NCBI RefSeq assembly: GCF_018350175.1
Contig: NC_058368.1
Location: 156,490,001-156,554,000, forward strand
Direction: 5' to 3'
Length of the DNA: 64,000 nt
Origin: Felis catus
Lineage: Eukaryota
Shown here: piece by piece, positions 38,953 through 50,660 of the stretch
Numbering within the stretch: position 1 is the stretch's first letter
How the letters are laid out: every line of letters begins with the position of its first letter
Notes under the pieces: generated by a model
What the model was told of the DNA's origin: nothing
What the model saw: the letters and a program-made list of their open reading frames with translations, nothing else
The model's database searches: none
Position numbers and translations under genes: made by a program

Positions 38953-40499
38953 AATTGGGGGTGAATTCAGAGAGCTTTAGGGGCTAGAGTTTGAGAGAAA
39001 TCTGCGGGGTACAGGCCTTGGCATCTACTGAGACTGAGGGGATAAGAGCATGGTGGTGAGGTGGGGGGCATTTGAGCAGTGTGGAAAGATTGTAGAAATC
39101 TATTGGTCAGTGTCCAGAGCCTGATGAGGTGACGATCATTGATGATCACTGGTGTCTGGGGACACCAATCTCTCCGGTGACTGATTATCTGACACAGCTA
39201 AGCAGTTGATGAACAGCTTTGAGGGCAGTCATAGGGGATAAACTTTTCTACTGACATCTGATTGGCTGTTTGGTTTCTACTTTTTTTTTTTTTTTTTTAA
39301 TGTTAGTGACTGTGTTGGGAAACTAAAGGTCTGGTTCTTTTCATGGTCCTTCTCAGATTTTTGCAAGCTGGTGACCTTCTGAAAAAATTGAGAAAATTGC
39401 TGTTGAAATAAGCAGGAAGAAGAAAAAACTGATCATCCATTTTTAGATGTGTTTACAGGCTGTATGACTCAGTGCTGCTTCTGTTAAGAGCAAGTATGTG
39501 GTCTTTTTTGGTACTGAGATGCAAACAGAGGAGGCTTGTGGTCTATGCTACTTTCCGTGAATGATAAAGTACTGAAGCAGAGAAGGTCTAACTGTACATT
39601 CAAAGTGCTTTGCTTATGGAGTCCTCTCTTCTCAGCCCGCTTTGGCCAGCCTCTTTAGATTCTGTTAGGAATATCTCACTTGTTCAATACTCTACTTATT
39701 CAAATATTACACCATGGACTTCTTTGCAGCTGGCTGAGAAAAGGACAAATGTATTTGGTTTACAGGAATTCAGGTCAAATAAGCAAATGTTTCTTTGCTG
39801 GCTTGTATTTGGTGGACCATCCCAAGTCGTTCAACCACCGGCATTTCTAGCAACAAAGACAATTCTCTCTCCATAAGCTTTATTTCTATAAATAAGTGCT
39901 CTGGGTTTAATGGGAACAGATCCAACAAGAAATAATAGTATGATTCTAAAGGGGAAAAGCAGAATTGAGGGCTTTGCCATTTAAGGAAGCTAACAAAACA
40001 TTTCAGCATTTACTAAAGTATTTTAGCAAGGCAGAATTTGGCTCAATTTGTGTCACAGTCACATCATGAATCAGAGAATGATTTCATTGATTTACCCTAC
40101 TCTTTAGTCTTTTAATGCCTCCATTGATTAGGCAACTGAGATTGCTATGTGGGAGGAGTATCATGACAGTACAAATGAATGTTCTTTTAAAGTGTAATTA
40201 AAAAACACCTCTTGAAGAATTTTTTGTATATCAAGAACATTAAAAGTCTTTTAATCACTAATTCTCATCTCTGGTTTACTCTTCCCATCCATGTTCATCT
40301 GGGTGGATTGAAGGTGGTCCTACAGGTCATGAACAATTTTGAAATCAGTGGGGTCACCTGGGATCAAACAGGGACCAACACCAATTTTTGAGAGGTCACC
40401 GGGAACCTCATAAGAAGGATTCGGGGGGATACTTGATTCCATATAAGGCTCTGGACACTTAGAAAGTAAGCCCTTGGGAAGAGCATGCCCAAGAATATA

Positions 40500-40735
40500 C
40501 CATGGAAATAGCCTGGGACTTTAGAACAGGGTACACTCTAGGTTCCTATCTCACTTACTCTATGGAGTTCATTATTTATCTTCTTAGATTTTGAATTTCC
40601 TTATTTGTAAAATGATGATAAAACCATTTAGAGTAATTTACTTGATAAAGTTATTATAAAGAATTAAAAGAGATAGTGTGTATAAAAAGGCTTAGCAGGA
40701 TACCTGATACACAGAAGTTGCTTAATAAATAACTG
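40500..40735 (+). mobile_element. MIR SINE
   Basis: tttccttatttgtaaaatgatgataaa..gaattaaaagagatagtgtgtataaaaaggcttagca..cctgatacacagaagttgcttaataaat. Confidence 0.7.
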
Positions 40736-40845
40736 TTCCATTTCCCTGAAGAGAAGGAGGATATGGAGGCAAAGTGGGGAAAATGAAGGTTTTCCATCAA
40801 TCTGCATGCTTGAAGGTGGAATTCATACTGCTGGCTTTTCTACTG

Positions 40846-40866
40846 TTTTTTAATGTTTATTAATTT

Positions 40867-40924
<58 letters not shown>

Positions 40925-41089
40925 GAGCAGGGGGGAGGCAAAGAGAGAAGAAAAGAGAGAGAATCCCAAGCAGGCTCTGTGCTGTCAGCACAGAGTCCAA
41001 TGCAGGGCTCGAACTCATGAACTGTGAGATCATGACCTGAGCAGAAATCATGAGTTGGATGCTCAATCAACTGAGCCACTCAGGTGCCC
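40846..41089 (-). mobile_element. Felid Can-SINE with long (GA)n
   Basis: Canonical reverse Can-SINE body ending caggtgccc. Confidence 0.93.
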
Positions 41090-42726
41090 TGGTACTGGCT
41101 TTTTTAAAGCTCAAGGGAGAAACTTGCTCTAAAGGTATCCAGGGAGACATGAGATGTATCAAAATACAGTCTCAAGAGTAATGCACTTGACTGGTGGTTA
41201 GAGGTAAAAACTTCAGACAGATTAACAGACTCTAATACCCATTCTGCTACTTTCCAACTGTATGCCTGTTCTGTGTCCCTTTGGGTAAGCTGGCTGGTTT
41301 CTCTGTATGTAAAGTCCTAATAATGAAACCTATGCCTCACAAGGTGCAAGAGACCGCTGATTTGCTTGACCAACCCAGGTCTTTCCTTCTCTGAGACTTG
41401 ATTCCCTTCTCTCAAGGAAGGGCTCTTATGGCCATGCTTATTCCACATGAGAATGTTCCCTTGCTTACCACAGAGGAAGAGACCACCAGTTGGCACTTAG
41501 GATGACCCAACCCACTGGCTAGGCAGATATAATCAGCTTTTCTCTCCTGGGGGTGAGATGAAGGACATGAGGAAAGAATGTGCCTAACATGGTGCCCAGG
41601 GAGTAATGAGCATGCAGTAGTGTTTAAGCCTCAAGTAAAGGCAACTTCCTGGCATCTACTCTTTAACTTAGAAATTTCGGTCTACAGTAACTATAATGTG
41701 GGTAGTTGGGACAAGCCTAATGGGCGCTGCAGGAGGGACTTTTCCTCAGGGTTTGGAGTGACAGCTCAAACCAAGACAAGTATGACATTCCTGTCTTTAT
41801 ATCCCCTTCATTGCCGAGACATATCTGAATGAAGCATGTATTTATTCAACAGGTTTTTTTTTTTCTGGAAAAGCCTAACAATTCTCATGCCAGAAATTTT
41901 AATGTCATGGTCTGAGTGTAGGTAGACTCAGATGTAGGACTGCTTATTTTTAACAAGTCCAATTGGGAACCAGCAGAGGTGAAATACCACTTCTAACCAC
42001 GCCTCTTTCTCATATGCACCTCTGAGCCTACAGCATTAGCCTCAGGAACGGCTGTTTCCTTACCCTGTTCTCAAAGGGTTCAGCTCATTAAATGCAGCAA
42101 AACTTACTCGGCAAGGATTACATCTCATTTTTCTCATTAAACTAGAACAGGCACCATGGTAGAGAAAAGATAGGGGGTTTTAGCTCCTACAATTTTAAGC
42201 ATCCAAGAAAGGAAATGGTCTCCTTAATAAACAATAAACACACAAAGAAATCCTTTCCTATTTTGGTATTAATCTCAACTATCAACCCATATGGTGAGGA
42301 CAGAATTGTTACCCATTGATGCACTTTTCATCTCTCACAGTATTTATTTTCTTTTTTTTTCAACTTCTTATATCATGGAAATGATACTTCGGTTTTTCTC
42401 TTGCATACAAAGCTCAAGGTCAGTTTGATTTGTTTTCCTTTTATAATTTTCATCCTGATTGAATTTTCTGAGCTGAATGTACAAATGATGTTTTTTTTTT
42501 TTAATGACAGAAAATTTGCCAGCCCACCCACCCTCCTTCTTCCTCCTCTCTCTCTGTCTCTGTCTCTGTCTGTCTCTCTCTCAAAACAGAAAGGTTTCTA
42601 GAATCACACAGTGGTGTGGTTAATAAGGACTCAGGGCAAAATACCTTCCTCCAGTGCTATGCACTATGCAGTAGAGTCAGTTAGGCAGAGCACGGCAGCC
42701 CCTACAAACACTTTCCCTTGATTTAC

Positions 42727-42772
42727 ATATATGTGTATGTATGTGTGTATGAACGTATATGTATATGTACAG

Positions 42773-42815
<43 letters not shown>
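42727..42815 (+). repeat. Compound (TA/TATG)/(GT)n microsatellite
   Basis: Seen directly. It gives the HTHTHT ORFs. Confidence 0.93.
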
Positions 42816-42816
<1 letters not shown>

Positions 42817-43699
42817 ATACATGCATAAACTGTAAGCAGCAAGGTGTAATCCAGGTTTGTTTTCAGAAGGAGCAACCAGTACAAATGCACAGTTAGGTAT
42901 GACAGAAGATACATAATTAGACAGATTGGATTTAAAAATTACATAAAGTCTCAACGGAGCCACTGAGTAAAAAACTGAATGAAATGTTGTGATTGCTGCT
43001 CTGGCATCTAGGAAGACAAGAATATGTGGATAGTGTGTTTGGGCAAATAAAAAGCAGTTACTGAGAGTTATGGAGTGTAGCTGGCATTTCATGAAACTTG
43101 AAGGAATAAAATGTTGTTTGTGGCTAAAGGGGAACGCCCTTAGAGATATGTCTAAAACAAAAGATTTGGTAAATACAATATTGGAATTATATTTTGGGGG
43201 GGAAAGGGCAGTAGAGAAATTTACATAGTAGTAACTTTTCAGTAGTCATAGAAATTCCTAGAGAATTGTAAACCCAAGAGGATACATGATAGACTACTAT
43301 TTCCCCTGTAAAAGTGGACCTTTCCAGACAAGGCAGGTGTATTCTGGAGAAGATAACAAGCAAACTCTACAGTTACAGAATTTTTCACTAAGAATACTCA
43401 AACCAATGACTAAATATTGAAGATAAGCCCCCTCATAGGATTAAGAAGCTGGAACTAAATTACCACTTTTTCCTATTTGCAAATAATCTTATTTGCAAAT
43501 TTGTCTCAAGGCAACTGAATGAAAAATAGATATTCTTCTCTCTCGACAATCTCCCCGAAATAAACGCAACAAAAAAGCAATTGTCTGAGTGAGTCTCATT
43601 TCTTAAAGAAAACATCCTGGATTAATTGATAAAAGCACCTATTAGTCCCCATGACACCAATGCTTATGGCATTTGGGGCTTGCCTCTCAGTGTGAAATT

Positions 43700-43702
<3 letters not shown>

Positions 43703-43759
<57 letters not shown>
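43703..43759. repeat. (TA)n microsatellite, ~28 units
   Basis: Seen directly. Confidence 0.97.
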
Positions 43760-43765
<6 letters not shown>

Positions 43766-45260
43766 AAATCCTTGCTAATAATAACTTCTCATCTGTTAAT
43801 ACTGCCTAACCATTAAAATCTCTGTTAACAATCTCATGTTTGGTTTGCTAAACCTTACAAAAAATGTTTTCAACACTTCAAGCTTGCAAAACACTTGCCA
43901 GAGAAAGTGGCAAGTACAAAGATGAACAAAGAGTCCCCTCCCTCAAACATACAGTCATGTGAGAGAAACAGAAATATATACAAATTAAACAGGAAAATAA
44001 ACATGGTGTTTTGTTGGCAACTTTGCCATGTAGTAGATGGCTGTGCATCAGGATGTTTCTTTTACTTTGATGATAAAGAAAATTATCCTGAAGAAATTGG
44101 TTCTCCCTGTGTTACCATTTGAAGTGTGTTTTGCTTGAATTGTTTAAAAGGGAAATTGTTTTAGGTCACAGGTATGTTTTTGCAACCGTGATGATGCTAT
44201 TATAATAAAGTATGACATAATGTTACTCAACTGATGATCAAACAACTTTGGTTCCTGTACCCTTATGGACATGGTAGATGGCAGCAACTCCTGACTGGAA
44301 ATCAAATGTAGATTCTTAATGGTCGAAAAAAAAAAATCTATGTAATCTGATGAAGACAAACAGCTACCAAATAGATTCCCACATTTGAAAAACCTTTAAA
44401 GTCTTCTCAGTAACTGTCTATAAAGTTATCAGATCGCAAATGTCCTATTTGGAGAAGACACCTCCCTCCATTCATTTACATATAGGAAAGCTTTTTGAAG
44501 TTGTATGTTCGCTAAGGGTATAGTGACTGAGATAATCTAAGGGGAATGAAAGCTGGCAGAACAACAGATATGATAATAATGTGGGGCTAGCTTTTGCTTC
44601 TCAGTCTAGAACTCTTTATGAGAGAGAAGGCTGTCTCACAGACTCTAAAAACTTTCGAAAATGCCAGAGAGGGCAGGTGGGTTCAGTATAATTTTTCCTA
44701 GGTTAAAAGAAAGCTCTTTATCCTCTAGCTGGTAATTCTAATACAACCCTGACACAAAGAAAGATATTTGCTGTTGTTCAGTGAATGTTCATTGAATTAA
44801 GGTACTTTATGCACTTTTCCAGGCCAACAACCATCAATCATTCCTTCCTTCCAATGACAGACTACAGAGAAATGTCTTAAATAAAATACATTCGTTCGGT
44901 CTGATCATAAATAATTTCATGATATTATGTCTAAATTCGAGATTAAGACATAAAAACAAATAAGGAGAGCAAAAGAAATACTCGTTTGAAATAATCCATT
45001 TATAATTAAAAATCATAGCTCATTCTTTGGTGGGCTCTTGATTTTAGTTCCTACCAAGACAAGTCATGTTAGAAATAGGTGATACTTTTTATTCTGTTAG
45101 GACCAAAGAATTGTTAGTTTTGAACTGATTAAAACTCTCATCCAAACGTGAGTATTTATAAACAGAATTTCTAGTTCGTAAAAATGAATCGATGTTGACC
45201 TTGTCAGAGCGACTCGGAATAAGAACAAAAACACATACGAATAAGAAAGTAGAAACTTAC

Positions 45261-45380
45261 TGTATCACGTTGCCTGTTATCTTTCCCTGATATTATCAAG
45301 AAGTAGTTCCATGTCAATAGTAACAACAAAACCAGTGGTATCATGTAGAGCTCAAAGTTCCAGACAACAAAGAGGAAGAG
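45261..45380 (-). CDS. MCTP1: MCTP1 internal coding exon (120 nt, phase 0/0) encoding a hydrophobic membrane segment: LFLFVVWNFELYMIPLVLLLLLTWNYFLIISGKDNRQRDT
   Basis: The minus strand reads ...tttttttctctccttctcctccag|CTCTTCCTC...CGTGATACA|gtaagt. It has a strong polypyrimidine acceptor, a consensus donor and an open frame. The peptide matches the recalled MCTP1 C-terminal membrane region and joins in frame to the 54-nt exon. Confidence 0.95.
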
Positions 45381-46039
45381 CTGGAGGAGAAGGAGAGAAA
45401 AAAAGATGAGTCAACTCAGACTTTCATTAAATGGACTCTCTTATCCATACTCCACTTCAAAACCATAAAACTAAATGCTTCAGAATGGAAAGATGTATCC
45501 TGAAAACAAAGACTTGAGAACTTGTTAGGCATTTTTCTAAAAGCACAACTGACCCCTGGAAACTTACTGTTAAGATTTTTACTTTAATTTCTATGAAGGA
45601 AAACTGTTATCATTACACTGTCAATGAGGCGGTTTTAATTTTTCTCCCCTAGCGAAATTATTGTTAGGTTCGACAAAATACAGTTAAAAAAAAAGGCTGC
45701 CCAATGAGCTTCACTACATTGTCAGATACAGCCTCTATCTGCCTTGATGATAAATAATGAATCACTATTTAATATCATGGACTTTTAAAAAAAGTCTCAC
45801 AATGCAACACGCTTCATAGGCAGATGAAAATACCAAGTCTGCACCCGAGAGTAAAGATCTCACATTATGAATAAAAGCACTGCTACCAAGAAGTGTAAAA
45901 TAACCAGCACTGTGTACCAAGTGTGACTCGCCCTACCCACCCCACCACTCCCCACCCCCCAAGTCTTGTAATCCTGAAGAGATCATCTGAATTCTCTGGG
46001 TCCGTGGCTCTGGCTACCAAATAAGGCAACATTAAGTCA

Positions 46040-46250
46040 GATGATTTAGTGAAGGGAGTGAAGAGCTGGATTCTATTCCTAATGCTGACTAGCCCCATAA
46101 CTTTTGGCACCACATGCATCCTCCTTTCAGGTTTTGCCCCTGTAAAATGGAGTTGATAAGAGTATTCACCAGAGAGGCTGTGACAATTACACAGTTGAGA
46201 CGTGGTAAGAAGTTAACACACTGCTTGGTACCCAATAAGCTCTCAAACCC
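46040..46250 (+). mobile_element. MIR SINE
   Basis: ctggattctattcctaatgctgactagc..tcaggttttgcccctgtaaaatggagttgataagagta..taacacactgcttggtacccaataagctctcaa. Confidence 0.65.
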
Positions 46251-46604
46251 ATTTATATTATTGTGTAAATGTTTAGCAATACCTTCTGAAACTCAGAAAG
46301 TCAACTGTGGTCGACTAAAGTCCTCAGGTAGTACTTATTCTGTTACTGAGAAGTGGAAAGTCATCCTCCTGCTAAGGTTTAGTGGAACCATGGTATAAGT
46401 GGAGATTTGAGCCAGCTGGTTGGGGTAACACAGACATCTTGCATTCGACAGGCCAGAAGGGTCAGGAGCAATGCCCTAAGAACATTCCTGCCAGGCATGG
46501 CAGCATGGACCATTTGCAGCCTTCTCAATAAACCTCAGCCAAGCATACAGCTTATTAAGATGGCAGAGAAAATGAACTTGTGTGGAGTGGTAGAGAACAC
46601 CCTG

Positions 46605-46805
46605 TTTTTAATGTTTATTCATTTATTTTGAGAAAGAGAGAGAGAATGAGTGGGGGAGGGGTAGAGAGAGAGGGAGAGAGAATCTCAAGTAGTCTCTGCA
46701 CTGTCAGCAAAGACTCATGGGGCTGAATCCCACAAACCTTGCGATCATGATCTGAGCAGAAATCAAAAGTCGGATGCTTAATAGACTGAGCCACCCAGGT
46801 GCCCC
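46605..46805 (-). mobile_element. Felid Can-SINE
   Basis: Reverse Can-SINE body ending gagccacccaggtgcccc. Confidence 0.92.
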
Positions 46806-47369
46806 AAAGTGTTTTCATTTCTAAACACAGGACTATAGACCTTATAACCTTTAACATCCCTTTCCAAATATTTAAAATGACTTCATGACATTGTGCCATC
46901 TATTTTTTATGTGACATTAAATCCTGAAAATTATATATTTTATTAAATAATTGGATATTTATAACCCACACCAATAAATAATGATTTAGTAACCCAAGAA
47001 ATGAATTTTAGACAGAATTACATGGTAACTATAGATTCAAGTTCATGAATAAGAAAAATCTCAAATATATCAATGCATGAGACATAAGCCTTATCTTTTC
47101 TTTCATGAGAGAAGTAGAAGGATCTCCAGAAAAAGCAAATATTTCTATTTAAGTTTTGAAACTTATGCAATATATGTAAAGATGATACAAATTATAATTG
47201 ATGGTTTTGATTATTCTATTAAAATATGTTTTTAAAAGATAATTCTTTATTCAGGAAATGAATTAAGGCAAATTTGATAGACATGAACACATGTAAAAGG
47301 GAAAATAATTTTTGGCTGGGATCCATATTAATTATTTACACATTTATTAGTAAAATTTAGGCTGTTACC

Positions 47370-47500
47370 AGAAAATATGCTCTTTAAGGATAAGGACTTT
47401 TTCTTTTTATTCACTGTTCTATCCCCAGAGCATAGAACAGTGCTTGGGTACAGTAGGTGTTCAATAAATATATATTTGCTGAATATATGAATAAATGGGC
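47370..47500 (+). mobile_element. L2 3' end
   Basis: tattcactgttctatccccagagcatagaacagtgcttgggtacagtaggtgttcaataaata..ttgctgaat. Confidence 0.85.
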
Positions 47501-47616
47501 ATTAGGTTCCCAAGTCTTTTAACAGAAGTCTACCTAATTATTGTTTAGTAAAAGTAGTATACAACCACTATATAGCATCAAGTAACTTCATGAAAATGTA
47601 TTCAGAATTACAACCT

Positions 47617-47833
47617 GGGGGGCACCTGGGTGGGTCAGTCCGTTAAGCATCCGACTTTGGCTCAGGATATGATCTCACAGTTGGTGGGTTTGAGCTCCAC
47701 GTGGGGCTCTGTGCTGACAGCTCAGAGCCTGGAGCCTGCTTCAGATTCTGTGTCTCTCTCTCTGTCTCTGCCCCTCCCCCACTTGTACTCTGTCTCTTTC
47801 AAAAATAAGCGTTACAAATAATTAAAAGAAAAA
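47617..47833 (+). mobile_element. Felid Can-SINE
   Basis: TSD agaatta(c/t)aacct at 47604-47616 and 47834-47846. Confidence 0.94.
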
Positions 47834-48306
47834 AGAATTATAACCTAGGATGCCACTAACTAGTTTCTCTCTGAGGCACATAAAGATTCTCTATCCATTC
47901 TGGCTATGCAGTTATAAACTTGACTTGGTGTGTTTTGGCCTCAGGGATGGGACTCAGATGATTCCACAGTTAACAGCACCAACTCTAATTATTTTAAATC
48001 TATTAAACGCATATATTCCATCTTGTAATGTCCACTCACTGGTGTTAGAGTTCTGATAGGTCACCCAGAATAATGTTACTTGGGACGCCTATGTCTCAGT
48101 GTTAGCTGGAGGACAGGTGTTGCATAGAATAAGCTTTCTAGATGATAACTAAGTAATCAAGACACGTATCATACCTTTTTCTTCTCTAGATTCAACGTTA
48201 CTAGTTACTTAAAGCACCAGTCACAAGGTATGGTTCACTGGGCACATCTCCAGTGCCCAGTGCATACAGTCCATACAGCAAGAGCTTTCTTAAAATACAG
48301 CACTCA

Positions 48307-48504
48307 GGGGGTGCCTGGGTGGCTCAGTGGGTTAAATGTCTGACTTTGGTCCAGGTCATGATCTCACAATTTGCGAATTCAAGGCCCGCATCAGGCTCTC
48401 TGCTGACAGCGTGGAGCCAGCTTCAGATCCTCTGTCTCCCTCTCTCTCTGCACCCCCCCCCCCGCTTGTGCTCTCTCTCCCTCAAAATTAAATAAACATT
48501 TAAA
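48307..48504 (+). mobile_element. Felid Can-SINE
   Basis: TSD aaaatacag(c/t)actca at 48292-48306 and 48505-48519. Confidence 0.94.
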
Positions 48505-49199
48505 AAAATACAGTACTCAGAACTGTACATGCCTAATTAATACCTATGGTATTTACATGCCCTACCAACATGGGCACCAGAACATAGGATGGGGAAAGAT
48601 ACAGAAGAGAAAAAAAATAAAGTAGAATTTCATTAGTTTTATGGATCTTGGCAGTAGAAAAATAATCTCTATTTTGCGTTAAGAATCTAATAGTTGGATG
48701 ATTAGGTAAATCATCTGCTGTTGACAGTATCTTTTTGTTAAAAAATAACAATGGAGCTCTGAATAAACTCTACATACAAAAGCATTCTTTTTTTCTTTCT
48801 CAGTATCTAACTGGAGATTTCAAAAGGTCAAAGACAAAAAGAACATAAATACAGATTAACAATAAAAGGTACTTATTGAATATTTCCTATGTGCTATGTA
48901 ATAGTGCTCAAAATTAGGATACGACATGGTTTCTGGATTCAGATTGCTAGGAATCACTAAGAAAAAAAAAAGCAACCAGTCACTATAATATTAGTGATCA
49001 TTATAATACTTGTTAGCTGGAGAGCATCCTCTAATTAAGAGAGGCCTCAAGGGAGGAAAAGTGCCTTTTAGCTTCTTGTTTCCACACTCAAGCTTCGTCT
49101 CCCTGGGGCCTATCTGCACCGAGATTGATCCTCTCCTCTTTTCCTACAGAAAGCCAAGGTAACACTCAAGACCAGGTCCTCAGTGTCCTACTAGGGCAG

Positions 49200-49556
49200 T
49201 ACAAGAAAAATGGCTGGGAAACCTCAGGAAAGCCAAGACCATACAGGATCTATCCTTGGTCCTGACTCCACTTATTCCTAAATTGGAGAGTAAAAAGTCA
49301 GATATCATAACAGGCCAAAATGGGATGGAAAAAGAAATCAAGGAATGATCAAAAAAAAAAAAAAAATCTCTGACACATTCACAGAATATAAATACAAACC
49401 ATAAAAGTCCTAGCATCTATCCTGACCCATACTTCCAAAACCCAAACTGAACCTGGTCCAAATTGCTCACTCATAAATCATCACTAAATAAATGGTAGTT
49501 GTTTTAAGCTACTAATTATGAAGTGGTTTGTTATATAGCAAAAGCTAACTGATGCA
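49200..49556 (+). mobile_element. MaLR LTR 3' part (MLT1-type)
   Basis: The 3' terminus reads aataaatggtagttgttttaagctactaa..gtggtttgttatatagcaaaagctaactgatgca. The 5' boundary is uncertain. Confidence 0.65.
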
Positions 49557-49574
49557 CATCCTTTTTTCCAAGGA

Positions 49575-49815
49575 GACAATGGTGTATAATAAATATGGTG
49601 TGGACTAGAAGACTGAAGAAGCGGTTTTAGTTCCATTTCTGCTATTTGACCACAGGACCTTGAGCAAATCAGTTTTTCTCTTCTATTTTATTCCATTATT
49701 TATAAAATGGAGATGGTAACACCTGCCTATTTCACAGGTTGGCTGTGGGGAACAACTCATGTAAAGTATGAGAAAACACTTTATCACAAAGTACTCAGTA
49801 AGTACAAGTGTTATC
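49575..49815 (+). mobile_element. MIR SINE
   Basis: gaccttgagcaaatca..tataaaatggagatggtaacacctgcctatttcacaggtt..atgtaaagt. Confidence 0.75.
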
Positions 49816-50549
49816 AACTCAATGCTTTTCCTATTTAAATTGTTTCTGCAAAATTCAAAGACTTTATAGACTAATCCTCCAAGAATGGCCAAAATAATAA
49901 TTCCTCTTTGAGAACTTATAGCAGATGGGGAGTGTTTCTTAGAGGGATTTGTGTTTGAAAGGCATTTGCTGGAAGGAAATCTTAAGTGTTAAACAGAGGG
50001 CTTGCAGTTAAAATTTTTGCTAATAGTTGAAACAAGAAAAATCCAAGTCTTTACATAAATTCCTTATTTCTAGTAAATGACACTAGCATACATTGCAGAT
50101 TGTGTGAAATCTAAACTCAAAACAATCAGGCTTTTAAATGTTAACCATTTTTAACAATCTCATGCCCCTTGATATAAAAGAATCTTGTTCTCAACTAGCA
50201 GTTTTGTGAATGTTAATTCCTGTCCCTAATTTTTTTCACTTTTAAATCCATATACCTTTCATCTAAATCAATGTTGTCTTGCCTAGGATATTAGCATCAA
50301 CATTACAGAATGCAATTACTTGGTGTCTATTTGGGCTAGGCTTTCTTTTTGTTTGTTTATTTTTAATTTGGGCCAGACTTTAAAAGTAACCTAAATTTTA
50401 ATCATAAATATTCAGAATGTTTTTTTTTAATCCATAACTTATGGAAAGGTAAATAATATAATTTATTATCATTCGTGTCTTGTATCACATTACAAAAAAG
50501 AACTTTAGGGAAAAAGTCCTGAAAGGTAGGCAGAGAAAGCAGAAGATAC

Positions 50550-50660
50550 TGTGTTATTTTGCAAATAGGTAAACTGAGGCTCAAATTTGAGAATTGTCTA
50601 GGGACACCTGCTACTGAGAGGCAGAGCCAGGTCTTCTGACTCTCAATCCAGTGTGCTGCT
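50550..50660 (-). mobile_element. MIR fragment
   Basis: attttgcaaataggtaaactgaggctca..ggcagagccaggtcttctgactctcaatccagtg. Confidence 0.7.

Larger units (their letters stand above)
23364..45260 (-). other. MCTP1: MCTP1 GT-AG intron (~21.9 kb) between the two exons
   Basis: Donor gtaagt lies at 45255-45260 (minus) and acceptor cag at 23364-23366 (minus). The flanking peptides are contiguous in MCTP1. Confidence 0.88.

Noticed and set aside
42664..43092. 142-aa minus ORF with HTHTHT
   Set aside because: The frame is held open by a (CA)n microsatellite and has no recognisable protein features.
43826..43838. ttaacaatctcatg shared with ~50151-50164
   Set aside because: A single short AT-rich match is compatible with chance in 64 kb.
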